Positions 58,542 through 64,000 of a stretch of 64,000 nucleotides of DNA are shown here, piece by piece. The DNA comes from Spirochaetia bacterium (GTDB lineage: Bacteria; Spirochaetota; Spirochaetia; UBA9216): contig CAXXYH010000003.1 of assembly GCA_963677925.2 (NCBI GenBank), positions 1,120,001 to 1,184,000 of the forward strand. The letters are read 5' to 3'. The position numbers and the translations under genes were made by a program. The notes beneath the pieces were generated by a model, which was not told the DNA's origin, ran no database searches, and was given only the letters and a program-made list of their open reading frames with translations. The first letter of the stretch is position 1; every line of letters begins with the position of its first letter.

Positions 58542-59144
58542 TCAATCAGCTTTCAGTCCGTGCTTCATGAACTCTACAAAATCTTTCAGAAAATCAATTG
58601 ACTGCTTCAGTCCGTGTTCTTCATCTCTGAAAAATATGTCATCAAAGGATGCAAACAATGAACTCATAACCTTTTGTATAAATTCCGGTGAGAAGTTTTT
58701 TCTGAAACAGCCTGATTCATAATATTGTGCAATAAGAGAACTCAGTCCGGATTCTTCTGCAGCATCGAGATCTTTTAAAACCTGATTATAAAGCTCAGTC
58801 CCCTTCTCTCTTGAAAGCATTATTCCCAGTTTATGATATCCCGGATGAACTGCAGCAAATCGGACACCGCTTTCCGCCTGTTTCAGAAAAAGCTCAAATA
58901 TGTCCCGGGCCGTGGAATCATCACCGGTTTCAGCTTTTATGAATTTCCACTTTTGAGAACTTGCCTCCCTCAAAAGAAACAGGTACAGCTCATACTTATT
59001 CTGAAACCGGTAGTAGAAGGAGCCCTTTGCTATACCTGCATTTGAAATTATCCTGTTCACTGAAGCTTCTTCATAGCTGTGCCCTGTAAACTCTTTAAGC
59101 GCCTCTTCCAGGAGCCTGTTTTCATCAATTTCCTTTCTGGCCAC
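58542..59144 (-). CDS. TetR/AcrR-family regulator
   Basis: EF...YE.ASVNRII..AGIAKGSFYYRF.NK.EL. GTG start directly after the SDR stop. Confidence 0.92.
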   Translation of the reverse strand: MARKEIDENRLLEEALKEFTGHSYEEASVNRIISNAGIAKGSFYYRFQNKYELYLFLLREASSQKWKFIKAETGDDSTARDIFELFLKQAESGVRFAAVHPGYHKLGIMLSREKGTELYNQVLKDLDAAEESGLSSLIAQYYESGCFRKNFSPEFIQKVMSSLFASFDDIFFRDEEHGLKQSIDFLKDFVEFMKHGLKAD

Positions 59145-60026
59145 TCATACCTCTCCAAGTTCCGGAATATATTTTTTAGTGAGAGTCATGACATCATCAA
59201 TATTCCGTCTGCTCCTGCTGTATCCTGATGAAGAAACTTCTTTACAGTTTTCATCAAAATATTTTCCCGTTTTGCTGCGGTACTGCTCAGAAACTGCAAG
59301 TTCGGTATAGGTTTCAGCCATCTTCCCGGGGCTGATAGATTTTCTGGCTTTGGCTGCATACACCTTTTTCATGAACTCCGACAGCTCCGGATGCCGGGAT
59401 ATATCTACCTTTACCGCCGTTACACGTATACAGTTGACTGTTACATTCGAATTCTCAAGCCTTTCCGCCAGACGATAGGTGTACATAAGCTGTGCAAGCT
59501 TGGACTGGTAATAGGCATTTACGATACTGAATTTTCTGCTTTTAAACTCCGGGTCTGCTGTATCAACTTTCATGAAAGGCTTTGCAAGTAGTCCCTTTGA
59601 TGAAACCGTCAGGACCCTGCCGTTTTCACTTTTTTTAAGCTTATCAAGCAGTAATTCAGTAAGAAGAACCGGGCCCAGATGGTTTGTAGCCCAGACGGTT
59701 TCAAGACCTTCAGAGTTTTCCTTCCGCTCCTTTTGTGTAACATTAAATACCGCAGCATTATGAATGATCACATCAAGCTTTTCAAACCGGCTGGAAAAAT
59801 CAGCTGCAAACGATTTGATTGATTTAAAGCTGCCCATATCAACTACGGCTAGTTCCGCGGAAAGCTCACGCCCCGATTCCATCAGCTCCCGCAGAGCCGC
59901 CTCTCCCCGTTCACGGCTTCGGCAGGCAAGAATTACATGCATGTTCTTCTGTGCTATCTGAAAAGCCGCCTGCCTGCCAATTCCGGCGTTGGCTCCTGTG
60001 ATTATGCAAATTTTCTTTTCCATCAA
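59145..60026 (-). CDS. Short-chain dehydrogenase/reductase (retinol-DH-like)
   Basis: TGANAGIG, ILACR, HNAA, ATNHLG, YYQSK. RBS AGGAGG; ATG at 60023. Confidence 0.92.
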   Translation of the reverse strand: MMEKKICIITGANAGIGRQAAFQIAQKNMHVILACRSRERGEAALRELMESGRELSAELAVVDMGSFKSIKSFAADFSSRFEKLDVIIHNAAVFNVTQKERKENSEGLETVWATNHLGPVLLTELLLDKLKKSENGRVLTVSSKGLLAKPFMKVDTADPEFKSRKFSIVNAYYQSKLAQLMYTYRLAERLENSNVTVNCIRVTAVKVDISRHPELSEFMKKVYAAKARKSISPGKMAETYTELAVSEQYRSKTGKYFDENCKEVSSSGYSRSRRNIDDVMTLTKKYIPELGEV

Positions 60027-60038
60027 CTAAGCCTCCTA

Positions 60039-60098
60039 ATTAGACCTTCTAGTCTAGACTTATTGGTCTAATGTAATACAGCATTACCACTTTGTCAA
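60039..60098 (-). promoter_or_regulatory. Sigma70 promoter with tandem TAGAC-N6-GTCTA operators
   Basis: TTGACA(60098-60093)-N17-TACATT(60075-60070). Palindromes at 60041-60056 and 60055-60070. Confidence 0.75.
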
Positions 60099-60122
60099 TT
60101 TTTAAAGGGGATTTCTCTTAAA

Positions 60123-60857
60123 TTACGACCATAGAGAGGGAATAAATGGATTTGGAGGTCTGTTTCCCGACGAACCGCTCAGATTATGAGCACCAATCTG
60201 CACTGCAGCAGCATTCTTCCATTCTGAGACTTCCTGTTCGTTCAGATTGATATACTCAAGCCTTGTCTTATAATGAACATCGGAGCAGCCGCCGGCTTCA
60301 TCCCATGCAGAATAAAACGGTTTACAGCTCCGGCGGGCAAGTTCACCCATATGCTTTCTGTTAATGATAAACCAGTTCTGCTCTGTAATACAGGCATAGG
60401 ACCATAAGTCTTTGGTGGACCCACCGCATGATACTGAATGGATGTAAGCCATACGGCCGGCTTCAGCATCACCCCAGCCCTTTAGAATAAACTGCAGCGG
60501 AATGCAGAAACGCCAGGTTATGCCTTCAGGGAACCTGAATAACATCTGAAACTCGGCATTTCCGGCCTTTGCCCCCTTGATACCCTGGAACTTTACAGCC
60601 CGGGTTTCAACATTATAGTCCATTAAAACATTTATGGGCGAATTGCCGAGTCTTCTGAAACAGCTTACCCGGTTATTCATCCGTTCATTGGCTGCAATCA
60701 GAAGATCAACAGATCCGTTTTTATTACTATCACCGCTGTTAGCATGTTTCTCCAGATACTCATCCAGCATACGAAGAACCTGAATGGTGGGAATTAAAGG
60801 AAGAAGGGAGTTGCAGTTTCGACTGTCTAAAAATTTGAATTTCATAATTATTTTCAA
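60123..60857 (-). CDS. Hypothetical protein, possibly a degenerate GIY-YIG-like C-domain
   Basis: 244-aa ORF with YIH...YACIT..NW.....H. Family call is tentative. Confidence 0.6.
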   Translation of the reverse strand: MKIIMKFKFLDSRNCNSLLPLIPTIQVLRMLDEYLEKHANSGDSNKNGSVDLLIAANERMNNRVSCFRRLGNSPINVLMDYNVETRAVKFQGIKGAKAGNAEFQMLFRFPEGITWRFCIPLQFILKGWGDAEAGRMAYIHSVSCGGSTKDLWSYACITEQNWFIINRKHMGELARRSCKPFYSAWDEAGGCSDVHYKTRLEYINLNEQEVSEWKNAAAVQIGAHNLSGSSGNRPPNPFIPSLWS

Positions 60858-60990
60858 GTATATCCCTTTAACAAAAAAAAATTATGTTTAAAAATATTAA
60901 TTTCAAATTTCAGTATCGTTAACGGAATTATTTACGTATAATCCAATAATTCAAAACATATACTTAAAAAATAATTGGAGGTATGTCAAT

Positions 60991-61674
60991 TTGACACAAA
61001 AAAATGCACTTAAAGGAGATATTCTCTGGGGATTTATTATTATTCTCTGGAGCGTCATGCTCGCAATTCCTGTAAGCCGAGAGACATTTATAAACTTAAC
61101 GTCAGCCCATCCTTATCTGGGAGGGTTCTTTAAATTCTTCATCCTGGCGACAATGGGCGATATGCTCGGAGGCAGAATGATCACCGGACAGTGGAAATGG
61201 GCCCAGGGCTTTGTTTACAAGGCTGTTCTCTGGGGGCTTCTTGGTATGGCTATTACCCTGGTTTTCACTGTTTTCTTTTCAGGTGCAGGAACAGCACAGC
61301 TCACAGGCAAGCTGCCCTTAGCCGGTAATAAAATTATTCATGCTTTCTTCGCAAGTCTGATAATGAATACATCATGGGGTCCAATGCTATACATCTATCA
61401 TAAGTTCGGTGATCTCTTCATCGATTCAAAGTATGAACATCCAAAGCAGAAAACCACTGTAACAGAACTTGTCGGTAAGGTGGACTGGAACGGCATGGTC
61501 AGCTTTTCATGGCTTAAAACATGCGGCTTTGTGTGGATTCCTGGCCATACAATAGCCTTCCTGCTTCCGGAGGAATACAGGGTTCTATGCTCAGCCTTTT
61601 TATCAATACTTCTGGGAATAATTGTTGCATTTTCAAAAAAGGGTGCAATAGAACCTGCAGAGGTTGATGCTTAA
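60991..61674 (+). CDS. Mpv17/PMP22-like membrane protein
   Basis: ATMGDML, KT..FVWIPGHTIAFLLPEEYRVL. TTG start with GGAGG. Confidence 0.72.
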   Translation: MTQKNALKGDILWGFIIILWSVMLAIPVSRETFINLTSAHPYLGGFFKFFILATMGDMLGGRMITGQWKWAQGFVYKAVLWGLLGMAITLVFTVFFSGAGTAQLTGKLPLAGNKIIHAFFASLIMNTSWGPMLYIYHKFGDLFIDSKYEHPKQKTTVTELVGKVDWNGMVSFSWLKTCGFVWIPGHTIAFLLPEEYRVLCSAFLSILLGIIVAFSKKGAIEPAEVDA

Positions 61675-61691
61675 AGACCTCTATAATTAAT

Positions 61692-61730
61692 AAACCGGCT
61701 GCCTGTTCGATGTATCACGGCAGCCGGTTT
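61692..61730. terminator. Bidirectional intrinsic terminator
   Basis: aaaccggctgcc-loop-ggcagccggttt between convergent genes. Confidence 0.75.
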
Positions 61731-62713
61731 CAAATGTTGAAACCTGAATTAATAAGAAATGCCTTTAACCTGTCCCTGTACTCAGTATTTGCAAGCTCCC
61801 AGGCCCTGGCATGTTCGGCACCCTCTGCAATAAAGAGCTCTTTTTCACAGCTGCAGGCATCATACAGACGATAAACCATTTCAGTGGGCACAAAGGTGTC
61901 CGCCCCCCCGTGAATGAAAAACAGCGGAACCGATGCCTCTGCAACCTGAATGAGAGCAGAAGCTTCTTCAAAACTGTAGCCGGCTTTTTTCTTTGTATAT
62001 CTGCTGGTTCTTTTGACAAGTCCGGGATTATCAATATTTCTGAAATGCTTAAGCTGGTAAGTCAGTTCATCCTGAACACTGGTGTAGCCGCAGTCTTCAA
62101 CAATACAGACTACAGTATCCGGAAGCTGTTCGCCGCTGCTCATCATAACAGTTGCACCGCCCATGGATATTCCATGAAGAACAATAGAACTGTCGTCGCC
62201 GGTAAGCTTTGAAACCTCATCAGCCCAGTCTATAATATCAAAACGCTCATGCCAGCCGAATCCTATATAGTCACCGCCGGAGGCTCCGTGGCCCCTGGCA
62301 TCCACGGCAAGAACATTAAAACCGAGCTCATTAAAATAGTACCGTGCAAAGCTGCTCATTGAAAAAGCATCCATCGAATATCCGTGAACAAGAATTACTG
62401 TATTTTTCGTGAGTTTTCTGTCATCGGAAAGATACGGCAGCCAGTAGCCTGCAAGTTTTAGACCGTCACCTGAGATAATCTCTATATTTACGTAAGGCAT
62501 ATCGCCGAACCAGTTACGGTCAGTGCTGAATATGGATTCACCGGCTTCTTCCTCATCAGCACTCCCGTTGCTGTCGGAAGCCGGGGCAACGACAGTGCTT
62601 TTATCATTACGCTTAACTGCCACAGAATAGTAGAACCTTGCGCATGAGCTCAGTTCTGCGGTCAGAGTAAAAATTATCAATATAATCAGGAAAGAATTTT
62701 TAATACTTTTCAT
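61730..62713 (-). CDS. Exported alpha/beta hydrolase (YqkD-like)
   Basis: VHGY, DARGHGASGG, HGISMGG, HG..D.FVP, GAEH. Confidence 0.9.
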   Translation of the reverse strand: MKSIKNSFLIILIIFTLTAELSSCARFYYSVAVKRNDKSTVVAPASDSNGSADEEEAGESIFSTDRNWFGDMPYVNIEIISGDGLKLAGYWLPYLSDDRKLTKNTVILVHGYSMDAFSMSSFARYYFNELGFNVLAVDARGHGASGGDYIGFGWHERFDIIDWADEVSKLTGDDSSIVLHGISMGGATVMMSSGEQLPDTVVCIVEDCGYTSVQDELTYQLKHFRNIDNPGLVKRTSRYTKKKAGYSFEEASALIQVAEASVPLFFIHGGADTFVPTEMVYRLYDACSCEKELFIAEGAEHARAWELANTEYRDRLKAFLINSGFNI

Positions 62714-62801
62714 AATTTGTTTATACCACCCTGCTCAGATTAATAATTCAGGATTATTTAATCAACAGGTATAAATGAACCGTCCAGCAGTTCGGTGTGA
62801 A

Positions 62802-64000
62802 CTAAACCCTGAACCTGGCGGTCTGTGCTGTAAGTTCCTCTATGCTGCTTTTATTCTGCATGCTCAGTTCCGCTACCGATTCGACTGCATCAGTTATCTG
62901 CCCGGCTCCCACGGCCATCTCATTCATGCCCGAGCTGATGCCCTCTGTAACCCTGCTGAGATTAGCTATCTCGGTAAGTACTTCCTGTGCTCCAATCTTC
63001 ATTTCATTTGATTTATCATGGACCTCCCTCGATTCTCCCACCATTGTCTCAACAGCCTTCAGAACAAGCTTGTTTCCTGTCAGCTGCTCTTCCATTGCAG
63101 CCCTGAGCATCTCCTCCTGCTGTGTCACAGTTTTTATTTCATCATCCATTACGGAAAAATTCTGCATAAGCGAATTTGTGGAACCGCTGATTCTGCCGAC
63201 TGAATCCTTAATTCGGGAAAGAATTGCAGAAACAGTTTTCACCTGCTCTCCGGCAGATTCAGCAAGTTTTCGAACCTCATCTGCAACAACAGCGAAGCCC
63301 TTGCCTGAATCGCCTGCATGCGCAGCCTCAATGGCGGCATTCATTGCAAGGAGGTTGGTCTGGCTTGCGATACCTTCGATAACCTGGCTGATTTCAAGAA
63401 GCCCTTCAGACTCGGATTCTATCTGCCTGATATCATCGGCAACTGCAGAAAGACCATTCTTCCCGGCCTCTGAAGAACACTTCAGATTATTGAAAATCTC
63501 GGTATTCCGTATAAGAGTTCCGGCAATGGAATTCAGGTTTTCGATCATCTCCTCAGTAGCAGACGAGCTCTCTTCAATACTTTGAAACTGTTTTTCAATA
63601 ATATTATTGAGTCCTTCAATATTTATAGTTATCTGTTTCATAGCCTCAGAGGTTTCGTTCACACTTGACGCCTGGTATTGAGTCTGCTCTTTAACGCTTT
63701 CTATTGCGGCTGTGATCTGAGTAATGGCAGAGGAGGTTTCATTCATATTAGCTGCAAGTTTCTCACCGATTCCGGAAAGATCACCTGAATGCTGCTGAAT
63801 GGAAATAACAAGGTTCCTGATATTAGTAAAGGTACTGTTAAGAATACGCGTCATTCTTCCTATCTCATCATCTCTGATTTCCGAGAAACTGACTGCCAGG
63901 TTGGTACTTGAATCCTGGACAACTTCGGCAAGAGAAGCTTCAGTTTTAGTAAGCGGTTTTGTAAGCAGGGTTCCGAAGAGCAGCGCAACTATTAGAATCA
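62802..64000 (-). CDS. Methyl-accepting chemotaxis protein, partial (5' end outside window)
   Basis: Frame stays open upstream of 63854 through TM2 and HAMP ([16 protein letters not shown]...DDEIG). [30 protein letters not shown]. Confidence 0.92.
   Translation of the reverse strand, partial: ILIVALLFGTLLTKPLTKTEASLAEVVQDSSTNLAVSFSEIRDDEIGRMTRILNSTFTNIRNLVISIQQHSGDLSGIGEKLAANMNETSSAITQITAAIESVKEQTQYQASSVNETSEAMKQITINIEGLNNIIEKQFQSIEESSSATEEMIENLNSIAGTLIRNTEIFNNLKCSSEAGKNGLSAVADDIRQIESESEGLLEISQVIEGIASQTNLLAMNAAIEAAHAGDSGKGFAVVADEVRKLAESAGEQVKTVSAILSRIKDSVGRISGSTNSLMQNFSVMDDEIKTVTQQEEMLRAAMEEQLTGNKLVLKAVETMVGESREVHDKSNEMKIGAQEVLTEIANLSRVTEGISSGMNEMAVGAGQITDAVESVAELSMQNKSSIEELTAQTARFRV

Noticed and set aside
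62842-63585. 247-aa plus-strand ORF
   Set aside because: Antisense shadow of the MCP; the same applies to the other short overlapping ORFs in the track.
1-64000. Mobile element, prophage or anti-phage defence island
   Set aside because: No transposase, integrase, phage structural gene, tRNA attachment site or recognisable defence gene seen.

Overview
A 64-kb, gene-dense bacterial chromosomal window. The source is probably a free-living Spirochaetales member, inferred from spirochaete-style lipoprotein signal peptides, an 'AVFAGGSQEA' solute-binding-protein N-terminus and the gene repertoire. About 50 CDS are supported, two of them truncated by the window edges. I recognised no rRNA, tRNA, CRISPR array, transposase, integrase or phage gene. 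Content is mostly signalling genes (2 membrane AraC, 4 histidine kinases, 2 OmpR-type regulators, 2 GGDEF, 2 MCPs, TetR) and surface or exported proteins with repeat domains (YD-like, InlB-B plus ALK/LTK glycine-rich, TPR, Ig-like plus LVIVD, RCC1, PEGA, GLUG). It also holds an AfuABC-type transporter, psuK-psuG, an MFS, an ABC-F, an S1 protein and a DEAD-box helicase. The best candidates for undescribed biology are: (1) a PrsW-containing operon of acidic YD-like lipoproteins and a putative outer-membrane barrel (1-6969), divergent from a membrane AraC; (2) a recurrent A-tract-GTCC-N14-GGACGAC-like upstream motif at four exported-protein loci; (3) a split two-component system whose two halves sit in matching divergent promoters with 4x11-bp repeats; (4) an Afu transporter with a second ATPase inside its two-component operon; (5) a lipoprotein carrying an ALK/LTK-like glycine-rich domain. 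All family calls come from motif recognition by eye; no database searches were run.
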